The notes beneath the pieces were generated by a model. That model did not search any database. It was not told the DNA's origin and saw nothing but the letters and a program-made list of their open reading frames with translations. From an uncultured delta proteobacterium (lineage in GTDB: Bacteria > Desulfobacterota > Syntrophobacteria > BM002), in the NCBI GenBank assembly GCA_963712115.1, contig CAVQGX010000018.1, positions 95,127 through 159,126 of the forward strand: 64,000 bases of DNA, read 5' to 3'. Numbering within the stretch: position 1 is the stretch's first letter; the number at the start of each line of letters is the position of its first letter. The position numbers were made by a program, and so were the translations under genes. Positions 28,239-38,543 of this stretch are shown in pieces.

Positions 28239-28739
28239 ATGGACCATTTGTCAACGCAAAATCCCAGTAAAGTAAAGGAAGATAACACCCATTTTGGTTA
28301 CAGTCTCCGACTGCTGCTCTTTATTCTGATGACCATGGTCATTTTCCTGGTTCACTGTACCAAGCCAATGACGCACAAGGAGGTAATGGTAACCAATCGG
28401 CCGGAGAAGAAGGTCTTCAAGATGAAGCCTGATGTGGTCAGAGAGGCGGTAGAGAGGGCGCTGGAGAAGAAGAAGTTCATCCTAGCGGCAAAGCAAAGCA
28501 ATGAACTGCACCTTGAAACAGAGTGGCTGGAAGACGAGGGTTACAGAAGCAGGGTAGTGGCGGACATCGAACCGCTGTCCCGGAGCAAAACCCAGCTTAC
28601 CCTAATGGTGTATCTCGAACAAAAACTCGTATTCAAGGACGAATGGAAACCAATGGATGAAATAGGAGAGGACACCTACAAGATTTTGATGGGTGACATC
28701 GAGATGGAGTGCTATCGTGTCCTTTACGACCGTACGTAA
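28239..28739 (+). CDS. Hypothetical exported protein or lipoprotein
   Basis: Hydrophobic stretch ending LVHC; LETEW beta-rich domain. Confidence 0.6.
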   Translation: MDHLSTQNPSKVKEDNTHFGYSLRLLLFILMTMVIFLVHCTKPMTHKEVMVTNRPEKKVFKMKPDVVREAVERALEKKKFILAAKQSNELHLETEWLEDEGYRSRVVADIEPLSRSKTQLTLMVYLEQKLVFKDEWKPMDEIGEDTYKILMGDIEMECYRVLYDRT

Positions 28740-29541
28740 AGCCATTATACCAGCCGCTGGCTTGGGCACGAGAGTGAGGGCAATTACTGGAGACTTGCCA
28801 AAAGAGCTTCTGACCGTGGCGGCGAAGCCCCTAATCGTCCATGCCATAGAGGGTTTGGCTACTAGCGGTGTTCGCCAGATAGCTGTGGTCATCAGCCCAG
28901 CCAAAGAGAGTATCCGCCAATTTCTCCTGGGAAACCCACCCGAATTCCTTGCCCCCCTGTTGGATGCTCATTTGAGAGTTCTCTTTAAAGCCTGCAAGTT
29001 CAGCTTTTTTGTTCAGCCCGAACCAAGCGGCTTGGCAGACGCGGTAAGTCTTTGCCGGGAATTTATAGGCAACGAGCCCTTTGCTTTAATTATGCCGGAT
29101 AACATTTTGCTCGATGGCCTTCCGGTGGTGAGCCAAATGATACCCTTTTTTTCAAGCGAAGGTCGAGACATGTTAGGGGCCATTGGCTTAAGAATGGAAG
29201 AAGCCTCTCGTTTTGGCAATGTGGGCATCCTTGAGACAGAAATTATTCCTGGTAGGAGCCCAAGATTTAGGAAGGTCTCTGGCTTCTCTGACAAGACGGG
29301 CGACCCTCTGAGTATCCCTCCCGGACAAAAGCTGCTCAAGAATTTCGGTGGCAGCATATTCCTGCCGCACTTTTTTGATTACATCGAACAATGTCGCCCT
29401 AATGCTCAAAATGAACTGGACGATGTTCCAGTTATCCAGGCCATCCTCAGGGATCAGGGATTAGATGTAGTAGTACTTGAGGGAAATGGCTTTGACGTGG
29501 GAAATCCTGCGGGATATTGGGCAGCAAATCTCCATATCTAA
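28693..29541 (+). CDS. Sugar-phosphate nucleotidyltransferase (GalU-like)
   Basis: KAIIPAAGLGTR, PKELL, QPEPSGLADAV, EPFALIMPD, FDVGNP; exact start uncertain. Confidence 0.85.
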   Translation: MTSRWSAIVSFTTVRKAIIPAAGLGTRVRAITGDLPKELLTVAAKPLIVHAIEGLATSGVRQIAVVISPAKESIRQFLLGNPPEFLAPLLDAHLRVLFKACKFSFFVQPEPSGLADAVSLCREFIGNEPFALIMPDNILLDGLPVVSQMIPFFSSEGRDMLGAIGLRMEEASRFGNVGILETEIIPGRSPRFRKVSGFSDKTGDPLSIPPGQKLLKNFGGSIFLPHFFDYIEQCRPNAQNELDDVPVIQAILRDQGLDVVVLEGNGFDVGNPAGYWAANLHI

Positions 29542-29792
29542 AGCAAACAGCCGCAGCGACTAGGATGGTAGGGGCAAAGCCCAGCATGGCGCAAAGCGCA
29601 TGGCGTCAATTTGTCAATTAGTTAATTAGTAAAATTGTTGGAATCGTTCAAGTCTTTGACATCGCCGCTGAAAGCCACTCTCACAGTAGAATCTCTCCTC
29701 TTTACTCTGAGTTCTGCCCCCCTTGCGGTCGAATTACTCTGCCCTTTGCAGCAAGCTAACGGCTGAGCGCTGGTAGCTGAAAACTTTCCTGC

Positions 29793-31835
29793 CTAAAGCA
29801 TATTGACCAATTCTGCATATTCGAGCCAAAGGGATTCCAGAGGATGGAGTCTTCTGTTGGTCTCTTTTTCGACCTCGGAAACTCCTAGACGCTTCAGGGC
29901 TAGTTGGCGGAGTTTTAATCGATAATAGGTGCCGAAAAACATTGGCCCTGCCGAGGTGACCAAAAAGGGAGAGAACCTCTCGGGCTGTTCCACTCCCCCA
30001 GAGAAGGGTGCCACCTGGGTGCCTTGATAGAGAAATGGGAGGTTGTCTTTCCAGGAGGAGTCGTACTGCTCCGGGCCGAGGAATTCTGCTGGTCTTTGAG
30101 CTAGCAAAAAATCGAAAGCTATCGGATTGTGCACTTGCGTCAAAGGGCGCAGGGCAAAAAGGTTGATCTTAGAAGAGTTGTCAAGGATTGTCTCAAGATT
30201 AGATGGGGAGGAATCTCTTTCACTGGCAAAAACACCCAGTCCTAAAAAAGGATAGCTTTCACGCCAACGGTCGATTGCCAGCTGCAGACTTGGCTGTGAT
30301 GCTCTGGAAGTATCGTCGATAAACAAAAACAAAGGGGTGTGGTCGAATCGATGGATCAGCTTCACCAGGTAAGGTAGATAGTCGAGGTCCTGGTCGCGTT
30401 TGGATGAAATGAAGAACTTGTCAACAATGGGCAAAACTAAGTACTCCAACCGGTTGCTGCTGAGCCACTCCTGGCCGGTCCTGATGAGAGCCCAAAGCAA
30501 GCTCAATTTTTCAGAGTGATTTTTCTTTTTCTTGCGGTACCAGGAAAGTGTCTGGTCCACTTGGTGGCGAGCGGCTGTGGGCGGGACAAAAGTAATGGCC
30601 AATCCTTTTCCCTCAGTCAACCTTTGATGGTCGCCAGACTGGAGTATTTCCTTCGCTTGGCCCATGAGTTGCTCCCATTCGCCGAGAGGTAACCCGTTCA
30701 AAAGGAGGCTAACCCTCAAGGTCCAAAGTCTGTGGAGAATTTGCGGCCTAACCAACCTTTTTCCCCAGAGGCCAAAGAGGTCTTCAGCTTGTTCTCTTAA
30801 GGAATGACCGAGGGGGAATGGAGAAGACCTTTCTCTGTCGGAAAGCTCTACAATAAAATCCCTCCTGAGAGCCTGGACCCTTTGAGAAAATTGGACTGCA
30901 GCCTCGGCAGAAATCTGATGGGTGAAGGAGGGAGCGCCCCAGCCGGAGGCAGCTCCTAGACTGGCGTTGTGCAGGGTGATCACCACCCGTTTAGACCTCC
31001 GGCTCACCTCCATAGCCAAACGAAAGACCTCAGAGAGCTCCTTTACCTGATAGGAGATCAATTTCTCCAAAAAAGCGGTTTCCACCTGACTGCGCTGACC
31101 CCAAGAGTGGATACGGAGATTTTTATCCAATACCCTTTTCTCACTGGAATAGAGGTTCACTCTTGAACAGGATGCAAGGTCTTCAACAGATGTCATCTTG
31201 GCCCAATGTCTGAGGGACCCCATGGGAGTGAGTCGGTTGCTTGCGGCAAGGGCCTCAGAGATTTCTCCGGGGGAAAGAGTCTCTTTTTCAAGAAAGCGCT
31301 TTCTCAAACCAGACTTAAGAGGGTAGGAAAGGCGCCGGACCAATAGGGACAAAAGAGATCTGCGTGAAGCACTGGGTAAAGGACCGGAGAGAAGGCTTGA
31401 CTCCAAAGGCCAAGCAGATGAAGACCGCTTGAGCACGACCTCCAAAAGGGTGGCAAGGGGACGGCAGTCTTGAGGATTCTCCATACAAGAAATCAATTCC
31501 GCCACTGCCTGGCGCACTGAACTGTGCTCATACCATTTTAAAGGTAACCAGTCAGGCAGCCAGCGGAGCAGTCGGAGAAAATGGTTCAACTCATCTTCGA
31601 CAGGAGGGCTGAAGATCAGTACCCTAGCTGCCTGGCGCACCTCCGGGCAGTTGTCAACCAAGCCCCTGGCAAGACAAACGAGACCTTCTCGGCTTGATTG
31701 ATTATTTGAAGAGAAAAGACGACGGGCACCATTGACAAGATGGGGAGCAGTGTTCTGCAGGACTCTCAAGAAAGGGCGAAGGGGCTCTGGATCATTAAAT
31801 TTCCAGATTTCCATGGGAGTTATCTCCGCCAGCAA
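29793..31835 (-). CDS. Hypothetical 680-aa protein
   Basis: Long ORF; HEAT-like N-terminus, alpha/beta C-terminus; no family recognised. Confidence 0.7.
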   Translation of the reverse strand: MLAEITPMEIWKFNDPEPLRPFLRVLQNTAPHLVNGARRLFSSNNQSSREGLVCLARGLVDNCPEVRQAARVLIFSPPVEDELNHFLRLLRWLPDWLPLKWYEHSSVRQAVAELISCMENPQDCRPLATLLEVVLKRSSSAWPLESSLLSGPLPSASRRSLLSLLVRRLSYPLKSGLRKRFLEKETLSPGEISEALAASNRLTPMGSLRHWAKMTSVEDLASCSRVNLYSSEKRVLDKNLRIHSWGQRSQVETAFLEKLISYQVKELSEVFRLAMEVSRRSKRVVITLHNASLGAASGWGAPSFTHQISAEAAVQFSQRVQALRRDFIVELSDRERSSPFPLGHSLREQAEDLFGLWGKRLVRPQILHRLWTLRVSLLLNGLPLGEWEQLMGQAKEILQSGDHQRLTEGKGLAITFVPPTAARHQVDQTLSWYRKKKKNHSEKLSLLWALIRTGQEWLSSNRLEYLVLPIVDKFFISSKRDQDLDYLPYLVKLIHRFDHTPLFLFIDDTSRASQPSLQLAIDRWRESYPFLGLGVFASERDSSPSNLETILDNSSKINLFALRPLTQVHNPIAFDFLLAQRPAEFLGPEQYDSSWKDNLPFLYQGTQVAPFSGGVEQPERFSPFLVTSAGPMFFGTYYRLKLRQLALKRLGVSEVEKETNRRLHPLESLWLEYAELVNML

Positions 31836-31904
31836 CTTTACATAACTGGAAAGAAGATTATATTAGAAGGATATTGGCTGATTGGCAAGGGGAACAGCGA
31901 AGGA

Positions 31905-31932
31905 GGAACTTTGAGGATAGCTAAGTGTCTAA
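31905..31932 (+). promoter_or_regulatory. sigmaE (ECF)-type promoter of degP
   Basis: GGAACTT-N16-TCTAA upstream of an HtrA gene, the canonical RpoE/AlgU target. Confidence 0.7.
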
Positions 31933-32026
31933 CTGCTGATAAGAAGCTAGGTCTAAAGTTTACCAGTCGCTAGGACGAAAGAAAACTTTCAGAGGGGATA
32001 ATTTTATAGTTTGGAAAGGAGAGGAT

Positions 32027-33490
32027 ATGGCAATGAATATCTCAAAAACCGGCCATCTCAAGCAGTACGGGAGAGGCCTTTTTCTAATTGCTATGGTGGC
32101 CTTGTTATTCTTATCTATGGGGCCAACTTTCAGCACGGGGGCAGAGACGGGGGTGCAACCCTACCCAAACGCCCCTGCTTCGTTCACGGAACTGGTGAAA
32201 CGAGTCGGACCCGAAGTGGTGAACATCTCCACCACCAAGGTCATCAAAAGAGGGCCGATGCCAAGGCAGTTCGGCAACGAAGGACCCTGGAGAGACTTTT
32301 TTGGGGATGATTTTTTTGAACGTTTTTTTGGGCAGATGCCCAGGGAGCGTAAACAGCGTAGTCTGGGTTCAGGGGTTATCATAGATCCCCAAAAGGGTTA
32401 CATTCTCACCAACAACCATGTTATATCCGGTGCCGACGAAATCACAGTTCGTCTAGATGATGGCAAAGAGTACAATGCTGATGTGGTGGGCAGAGATCCA
32501 AAGACAGACCTGGCTTTGATACGAACCAAAGTTGCCCTGAATGTCGAGGTTGGGGCACCATTGGGAGACTCTGACAAAGTCGAGATTGGCGAGTGGGTTA
32601 TGGCCATCGGTAACCCCTTTGGGCTCGAGCGTACAGTGACTGTAGGTATTCTGAGTGCCAAGGGCAGGGTCATTGGAGCCGGGCCTTACGATGATTTTCT
32701 CCAGACTGACGCAGCGATCAATCCCGGCAACAGCGGTGGTCCCCTATTTAACATGAAAGGTGAAGTCATAGGAATCAACACAGCAATCGTAGCCAGTGGC
32801 CAGGGTATTGGTTTCGCCATTCCCATCAACATGGCCAAAGAGTTGCTGCCCCAATTGGAAAAGGGCAAGGTCACTCGTGGCTGGCTAGGGGTTAGTATCC
32901 AGGAAGTTACGGACGACATCGCCAAATCCTTTAAACTTAAAGATGCCAAAGGGGCTTTAGTGGCTGAAGTAATGGAGGATACTCCGGCCCGACGAGGTGG
33001 AATGGAGCGGGGCGATATTATCATTAGCTTCGACGGCAAAGAGGTTGAAACACCAAACGAACTGCAAAGGATCGTTGCTAGTACACCTCCAGACAAAAAA
33101 GTAAAAGCAAAGGTGATAAGAGATGGCAAGATTGAAACGCTCACCGTAAAGGTGGGGACCATGCCCGAGGAGATTACCGAGACAGAGAAAGCCATTACAA
33201 CTGATCTTGGCCTCACGGTGCAGACATTGACCCCGGATCTTGCTGAGCAGTTCAATTGGTCCCGAGACGAAAAGGGTGTCCTGATCACCGGCGTTGATCC
33301 CAGTGGAGCTGGAGCTGAGGTTGGCTTGCGTCGAGGGGATCTGATTAAAGAGATAGACCGACAAAATGTAGAGAATACGGAAGACTACAGAAAGATCCTA
33401 GGAGAGGCCAAAAAGGGAGAATCTTTACTCTTCCTAATCAAACGGGGGACCAGAACTTTCTACATAACCTTGACGCCAGAATCAGAGTAG
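32027..33490 (+). CDS. degP: HtrA/DegP-DegQ serine endoprotease with two PDZ domains
   Basis: GSGVI, TNNHV, DLAL, QTDAAINPGNSGGPL, two PDZ, signal peptide. Confidence 0.93.
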   Translation: MAMNISKTGHLKQYGRGLFLIAMVALLFLSMGPTFSTGAETGVQPYPNAPASFTELVKRVGPEVVNISTTKVIKRGPMPRQFGNEGPWRDFFGDDFFERFFGQMPRERKQRSLGSGVIIDPQKGYILTNNHVISGADEITVRLDDGKEYNADVVGRDPKTDLALIRTKVALNVEVGAPLGDSDKVEIGEWVMAIGNPFGLERTVTVGILSAKGRVIGAGPYDDFLQTDAAINPGNSGGPLFNMKGEVIGINTAIVASGQGIGFAIPINMAKELLPQLEKGKVTRGWLGVSIQEVTDDIAKSFKLKDAKGALVAEVMEDTPARRGGMERGDIIISFDGKEVETPNELQRIVASTPPDKKVKAKVIRDGKIETLTVKVGTMPEEITETEKAITTDLGLTVQTLTPDLAEQFNWSRDEKGVLITGVDPSGAGAEVGLRRGDLIKEIDRQNVENTEDYRKILGEAKKGESLLFLIKRGTRTFYITLTPESE

Positions 33491-33524
33491 AATTCTAAAA
33501 AATCAGACTAAAAAACAATAATTT

Positions 33525-33680
33525 CCTCCCCCTTGAAGGGGGAGGATTAAGGTGGGGGTGAAAATGCGCATGGCGCATGGCAGCGCATAGCGAAAAATAC
33601 TTCCTCTCAACGCTCTGCGCTATGCTCTTTGAGCTCCTGGATCTTTTCCATTTAAGTGCCTCCCAGTAGGGGAGGGTAAA
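33525..33680. repeat. REP-like palindromes with intervening 7-mer array
   Basis: cctcccccttgaaggggggagg..ggtgggggtga and cctcccagtaggggagg; related to 38830-38935. Confidence 0.6.
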
Positions 33681-33708
33681 GGGAGTTCTGGTATAAATAC
33701 TTGCTATT

Positions 33709-33738
33709 ACGGGCGGGATTTATCCCGCCCGTTTTTTT
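33709..33738 (+). terminator. Intrinsic terminator after degP
   Basis: ACGGGCGGGAT/ATCCCGCCCGT stem and T run. Confidence 0.85.
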
Positions 33739-33829
33739 CTATACCCCCTTGACGACAAAAGAATGGTGATTAAATTATTACACAAGACCGTTTAATATAA
33801 TGAAATTATTAAATAAGGAGGTGGAAAAT

Positions 33830-34273
33830 ATGTTTGAATTAGTACCTTGGAGGAGAAATCGAGGAGCCCTGGCCAGGCCAAGGAGGGATTTGTTCAACTG
33901 GTTTTTTGAAGATCTCACTTTGCCTGATTTTTGGACAGCTGAGCAAGAGTGGCTGCCACCCTTTGACGTCTCCGAAACTGAAAATCAGATTATTGTGAAA
34001 GCTGAGCTTCCCGGCATGGACGTCAAAGACATCGACATCGCTCTTACAGATGGCTTGCTTACCATCAAAGGCGAGCGCAAGCTGGAGAAAGAGGACAAAA
34101 AGGAAAACTATCATCGCATTGAACGGCAGTTTGGATCTTTTTCCAGGAGCTTGAACTTAAGAGAAAAGGTCAAAGCTGACGGTATTGAAGCCGCTTACAA
34201 GGACGGGATACTTACCGTCACCTTGCCCAAGGCCGAAGAAAGCAAGCCTAAAAAGATAGAAGTCAAGAGTTAA
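33830..34273 (+). CDS. Hsp20/alpha-crystallin small heat-shock protein
   Basis: AELPGM, LTIKGER, ERQFGSFSRS, YKDGILTVTLPK; AAGGAGGT RBS. Confidence 0.95.
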   Translation: MFELVPWRRNRGALARPRRDLFNWFFEDLTLPDFWTAEQEWLPPFDVSETENQIIVKAELPGMDVKDIDIALTDGLLTIKGERKLEKEDKKENYHRIERQFGSFSRSLNLREKVKADGIEAAYKDGILTVTLPKAEESKPKKIEVKS

Positions 34274-34353
34274 TACTTCTAACATGTCAGCTAAAAGCGG
34301 GGCAAAACCGTTTAAAATGTGCATCGGAAATAATTGATTTTTTAAGGAAAGCT

Positions 34354-34530
34354 ATGACAGATACTATAGTGGTATTCCTAATTGCTGGAGTTGCCTTCGT
34401 TCTGTCGGCAAGGTGGTTCTACCGTACTCTTGCGGGCAAGTCGGAAGGTTGCGGATGTGGAGAGAGTGGTTGTCCTAGTAAGGCATCAAGTAGCAGAGGC
34501 GATGATGCGTACTGCTGCAAAGAAGTATAA
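34354..34530 (+). CDS. 58-aa FeoB-associated-type Cys-rich membrane protein (absent from the ORF track)
   Basis: Hand translation MTDTIVVFLIAGVAFVLSARWFYRTLAGKSEGCGCGESGCPSKASSSRGDDAYCCKEV; AAGGA RBS. Confidence 0.75.
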   Translation: MTDTIVVFLIAGVAFVLSARWFYRTLAGKSEGCGCGESGCPSKASSSRGDDAYCCKEV

Positions 34531-34556
34531 GAAATCCGCGGGAAAATGTTCTCAAA

Positions 34557-35448
34557 TTAACTTTGCGATGCCGCTTCATCCAATAAATAATACTCGATAT
34601 CTTTGATAGAAATTTGATTCATGTACAGTCCCAGGGTTTCACTGTCTATACCCAGACTGAGTCCGAGAAGTTGCGGATAAAGAATGGATGGGAGCTGATG
34701 CTCGGGGCCCCGGCGAGAGACCAGTATTTTCTGCACGTGATCGAACTGAATCTGGCAGTAAGAGCAGGCAACGCAGAGGAAATCCGCACCAGATTTCCTG
34801 GCGTGCTTCAGTTTGTTTTCGGTCAAATCCATTGAAAGTTCGTCGTTTACTACCCCACAATGGAGACCCACAACACTCATGCTTCTTGAGCCAATCGACG
34901 CTCCGGGCCCCGGTAACCTCTACCAGTTCGTCAAATTTCGTGGGAGAGTAGGGTTTGTCGAACTTAATGAGTTTACTGGGACGCAATATGCGGCAGCCAT
35001 AGTGCGTGGCGATGTTTAGACCTTTGAAGGTATGCACGATTTGCTTTCTTATGGCTTCGATGCCTATGTCGTCGTAGAGAACCTGCAGGATGTGCTTCGG
35101 TTTAATATTTCCCTCGTAGACCAAACCCTCTTTTGCAAGGGTGGCGTTGACTTCCTTCCTGATGGAACCATCATTGTGCAACAGGTCTTCTATGTGTTTC
35201 ATGGTTCCGTAGCAGCAGTTGCACACCGTGAGTAAATCGAGGTTCTCCCTTTCAGATAGAGCCAAATTCCTGGCAGAAGAAATGACGTAGGCCTTGAAAT
35301 TTACATTTCTCAAAGGATAGCCGCAACAGCCGAGTTCTTTGACGTCGACCAGGCCAATGCCTAGTTTCTCGAGAACTGCATTGGTGGACCATTCGTATTG
35401 TTGTAGCACTATGGGAGTGGTGCAGCAGCGCAGCAATGTGTACTTCAT
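34557..35448 (-). CDS. hdrB: Heterodisulfide reductase subunit B-like (two CCG domains), frameshift near 34850
   Basis: GCCGYP..CNCC, HYGC..RP, CCGSP, continuing in another frame as ACSYCQIQFD..YPQLLGLSLG. Confidence 0.88.
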
Positions 35449-35463
35449 GATTGCATCCGTCCT

Positions 35464-37239
35464 TTATGTTTTTGCCTGTTTAGTGAGCTTTTCTTTTGCT
35501 CGAGTTATCGCTATGTTTTTCAATTCATAAATGATATCGGCAACGCACACCCCTTGAGGGCAATGTTCCTGGCACTGATAACAGCCTAGGCAATCCCACA
35601 GCATTCTAGAACTGAAGACAAGATCCCAGAGTCCCATTCCCGCGGCGTGCATAATCTGATGGGGCAGAAGTCCCACGGCTTCGGCTGGATGGGAGTAGTT
35701 GCGCACCACCGGACAGGCGTTTGTACAGGTGACGCAACGGAAGCAGTGGGAAAAATTGGAAGCCTGGGTTGATTTATAGACTCTTGAGGACAAACCATTA
35801 TCACTAGGCGTCAGCGGAATGTCGCGATCCATCATGTTCAACGGAATACCAGCCGGATAAATAGCTTTGAGGGCCAACTCTATGGGGTCGGGGTAGTGAC
35901 TCTTGTCTTGGTCCAAGGAATCCTGCATCAATCCACGGTAAAGGGAGAGCGGTGAGAGGACGAAGAACTCCGGCTGGCCTTTTTCCAGCAGAGTTTGTCT
36001 CACAGTGATCCACAATTGCTGTAGATTAATTCCGGCAGGGCAGACCACTGTGCAACGGTAACAATTAGTACAGAGATGCAGCCCCTCTTGTATACTTCTA
36101 ATTTCCTCAGGGCTGAGTTTCTTACCGGCAACGAGCGCTTTTATTGAAGGTATCTTTTCTGATGGCAGAATATTAGCATTGTGCAGCGTTTCAAAGACGA
36201 CGCCAACTCTACACTGAACACTGCAGGTCCCGCAGTGCATGCAGGCATCCAGCTCCAGAAGTTGTCTGGTGGCGACATTGGCCGGAGCCGATGTTTCGTT
36301 ATCCATAACCGAATTGGCCAAAAGACTCAGCGGAGTGGTGAAGATGTGGAACATCTTACTAAAGGGAAGGTAAGCCAAGCCAAGCATACAAGCCAAGAAG
36401 TGGATGTACCATAAGATTGAGGGAGCGTTTGTTTGATCTAAAGTAATGGCTATGGGTTTGATAACTCTGGAGGTAGTATATCCGGCGAATCCCCACTGTG
36501 GACGGGAGTGGCACTGAAGGCAACTCATTTCATGGGCTTCTTTGCCCGCTTCCAGAGTTTCAGCGTCAAAGGGGCCTTTGACCTCTGGTGAGACCACGCC
36601 GAATTTCGCTACCCAGTAAGTTTCTAAGGATCGAAGCTCTTCTTCATCGGCCGCGACTGTGTACTCTTCCACCATCTCTTGGAACTTGGAGTACGAGGTT
36701 ATCTTGGTACCCTCCAAAAGAAAACCGGAAAACATAATAACCGCTAGGATGATTATGGCGTAGAGATCCATGGGGCTGGTCCTGAGGCGGGGCACCTTGA
36801 GGATGAGCCGTCTATATACCGCAATTCCAACTCCCAAAAGTACCAGAACTCCAAAAAAATCTCGAAGAAAGAGAAAAGGGTTAACCGTTGAATAGTATTC
36901 GGGGAAAATGGCAGAGGTGACTATCTTGTCGAGGCCATGCATGAGCAGGAGAAAGGTAAAGCCATAATATAAACACATATGCATGGCCCATTTGAGCAAG
37001 TCTTGTTTTAGTACTTTTACCTGCAGGAGCACATCGAGAACGAATACCTTGAGCAGGGTAAACAACTTTGGGCTGAATAATGTCAGGGTAATTCCTCGGA
37101 GGGCTGCAAAAATCCTCGCTGGGGTGGAGATATCTTTGGCGTCTATTCCCAGGGAGTATCGAAACCAACTAGAGACCTTGTAGATGATACCAAGAGAAAA
37201 AATGGCCAAGGATATATATAAGGCAACGGTAAAAAACAT
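35464..37239 (-). CDS. NarI/DsrM-type membrane cytochrome b domain with CxxCH insert, fused to two HdrC-like Fe-S domains
   Basis: WAMH..LLMH, IHFL..PFSKMFHIF; CLQCH; four CxxCxxCxxxC motifs. Confidence 0.85.
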   Translation of the reverse strand: MFFTVALYISLAIFSLGIIYKVSSWFRYSLGIDAKDISTPARIFAALRGITLTLFSPKLFTLLKVFVLDVLLQVKVLKQDLLKWAMHMCLYYGFTFLLLMHGLDKIVTSAIFPEYYSTVNPFLFLRDFFGVLVLLGVGIAVYRRLILKVPRLRTSPMDLYAIIILAVIMFSGFLLEGTKITSYSKFQEMVEEYTVAADEEELRSLETYWVAKFGVVSPEVKGPFDAETLEAGKEAHEMSCLQCHSRPQWGFAGYTTSRVIKPIAITLDQTNAPSILWYIHFLACMLGLAYLPFSKMFHIFTTPLSLLANSVMDNETSAPANVATRQLLELDACMHCGTCSVQCRVGVVFETLHNANILPSEKIPSIKALVAGKKLSPEEIRSIQEGLHLCTNCYRCTVVCPAGINLQQLWITVRQTLLEKGQPEFFVLSPLSLYRGLMQDSLDQDKSHYPDPIELALKAIYPAGIPLNMMDRDIPLTPSDNGLSSRVYKSTQASNFSHCFRCVTCTNACPVVRNYSHPAEAVGLLPHQIMHAAGMGLWDLVFSSRMLWDCLGCYQCQEHCPQGVCVADIIYELKNIAITRAKEKLTKQAKT

Positions 37240-37267
37240 GAGCTTATGGCACCTCCCTGTGATCTTT

Positions 37268-37304
37268 GCCTGCCCCGTTAAATCCTCATCTGTTTAACTG
37301 GGGT
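37268..37304. repeat. Short palindromic element
   Basis: gcctgccccgttaaa-tcctcatctg-tttaactggggt. Confidence 0.45.
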
Positions 37305-37410
37305 GCACTTTGTGGTGAAAACTAGCCATTAATATCCACTTAAACAGTAGGTTTTGCCGATAACTTAGTGGGCCTTTTGTATCGTTTATCACCTGATGAA
37401 GGGAATTTCT

Positions 37411-37424
37411 TTGACCTAAGTCAA
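37411..37424. promoter_or_regulatory. CRP/FNR-like palindrome upstream of the hdr genes
   Basis: TTGAC-CTAA-GTCAA. Confidence 0.4.
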
Positions 37425-37682
37425 CCAAGTTGTGCCCAGGGAGGAAATATCAAAGAAGAATGGTCAGCTTTAAAAGTGAAAATCATCTGCCTTAGCTAAG
37501 GCCATTAACAAGAAGAGCGATTAAGTTCGGGGCACGGCACAACTAAGAGGCCAAGTACAGAAGGAGTGTAACATAAATCCTAGTAAAAAACTGTATTTTA
37601 GATCAAAAGAACTTTCTAACTTTAAGGTTTCGATAATCCCAGAAATGTGTGGCGAGCTTGATGGCTGTCTAGCTGGCTGCTC

Positions 37683-38372
37683 TTACTCTCCATCCTCTCC
37701 GCTGCCCGCTTGTCCTGAGCGGAGTCGAAGGGCTGCAGGCTGCTCGCTGGATAGGGGTGCCCAATTCATATCCGGCCAGGTGATCTCACGGGCATTCTTA
37801 TAATAAGCCCCTTGCGCGCAAGGTCGACAGAGTTTCACCCCATTAACAACCACCTCACGATGGTCACGAACGATCTGGCCACAGCGGCTGCACGAAACCT
37901 TGCGCCGGGTTGGTCCAGGCAAATCAAACTCGCTCAACACCACCTCAACCTGCTGCACCCGAAACAGAACACTGTCCGGCATTCTTTTGTAGGCTTCAAG
38001 TTGCTGCTTATATTTCTCTGATATATCCGGTACATATTGACATGCCAGGTCACGGGCTTCCTCAGTAGAAATGACCCTGAAGGCTTTGTTGGTTTCAAGG
38101 TTTACAAAGGTTGCGGCCATGATACCGTAATCCACAAACTTTAGAGATCTTCGCCCCAACTTAGCGCCAGTGACGTGGGCAACCGCATCACCCGCACACC
38201 TGTCCATTTCCACATAGACAATAAGTTTTTTTATCTGGTCGTGACTGGTGGGATCATCTAGGCCGATGAGGCGACAACCCAAGATAGCCATGCGCACCCC
38301 TACTGCTTGTCCTGGACACAGATGACCATGTGCTGCGGCCGACGTAGCCAACAAATCTTCGAAAGGCTTCAT
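37683..38372 (-). CDS. FmdE/FwdE-family protein with C-terminal zinc finger
   Basis: HGHLCPG, EMDRC..DA, CSRCGQ..LCRPC. Confidence 0.88.
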   Translation of the reverse strand: MKPFEDLLATSAAAHGHLCPGQAVGVRMAILGCRLIGLDDPTSHDQIKKLIVYVEMDRCAGDAVAHVTGAKLGRRSLKFVDYGIMAATFVNLETNKAFRVISTEEARDLACQYVPDISEKYKQQLEAYKRMPDSVLFRVQQVEVVLSEFDLPGPTRRKVSCSRCGQIVRDHREVVVNGVKLCRPCAQGAYYKNAREITWPDMNWAPLSSEQPAALRLRSGQAGSGEDGE

Positions 38373-38543
38373 TGGCCTCTCCTGCTATAGAATTAATCAG
38401 GGCCACCTAAGTTAGGGGTATAGTTGCTCGCTGATTTATGCTGAAGTTAACATAAGAGACATTCAAAAAAAAAGAGGCATCTGGCCTCTTCGGTGAAAAT
38501 AGGCTGTTTGTTAAGGTCTCAATGTAGTTGATATTTCTAGTGG

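Noticed and set aside
33689-33705. sigma54 site TGGTATAAATACTTGCT
   Set aside because: GG-to-GC spacing is 11, and a terminator follows immediately
34382-34606. 74-aa ORF from the track
   Set aside because: The overlapping frame 34354-34530 has an RBS and a recognisable TM plus Cys architecture
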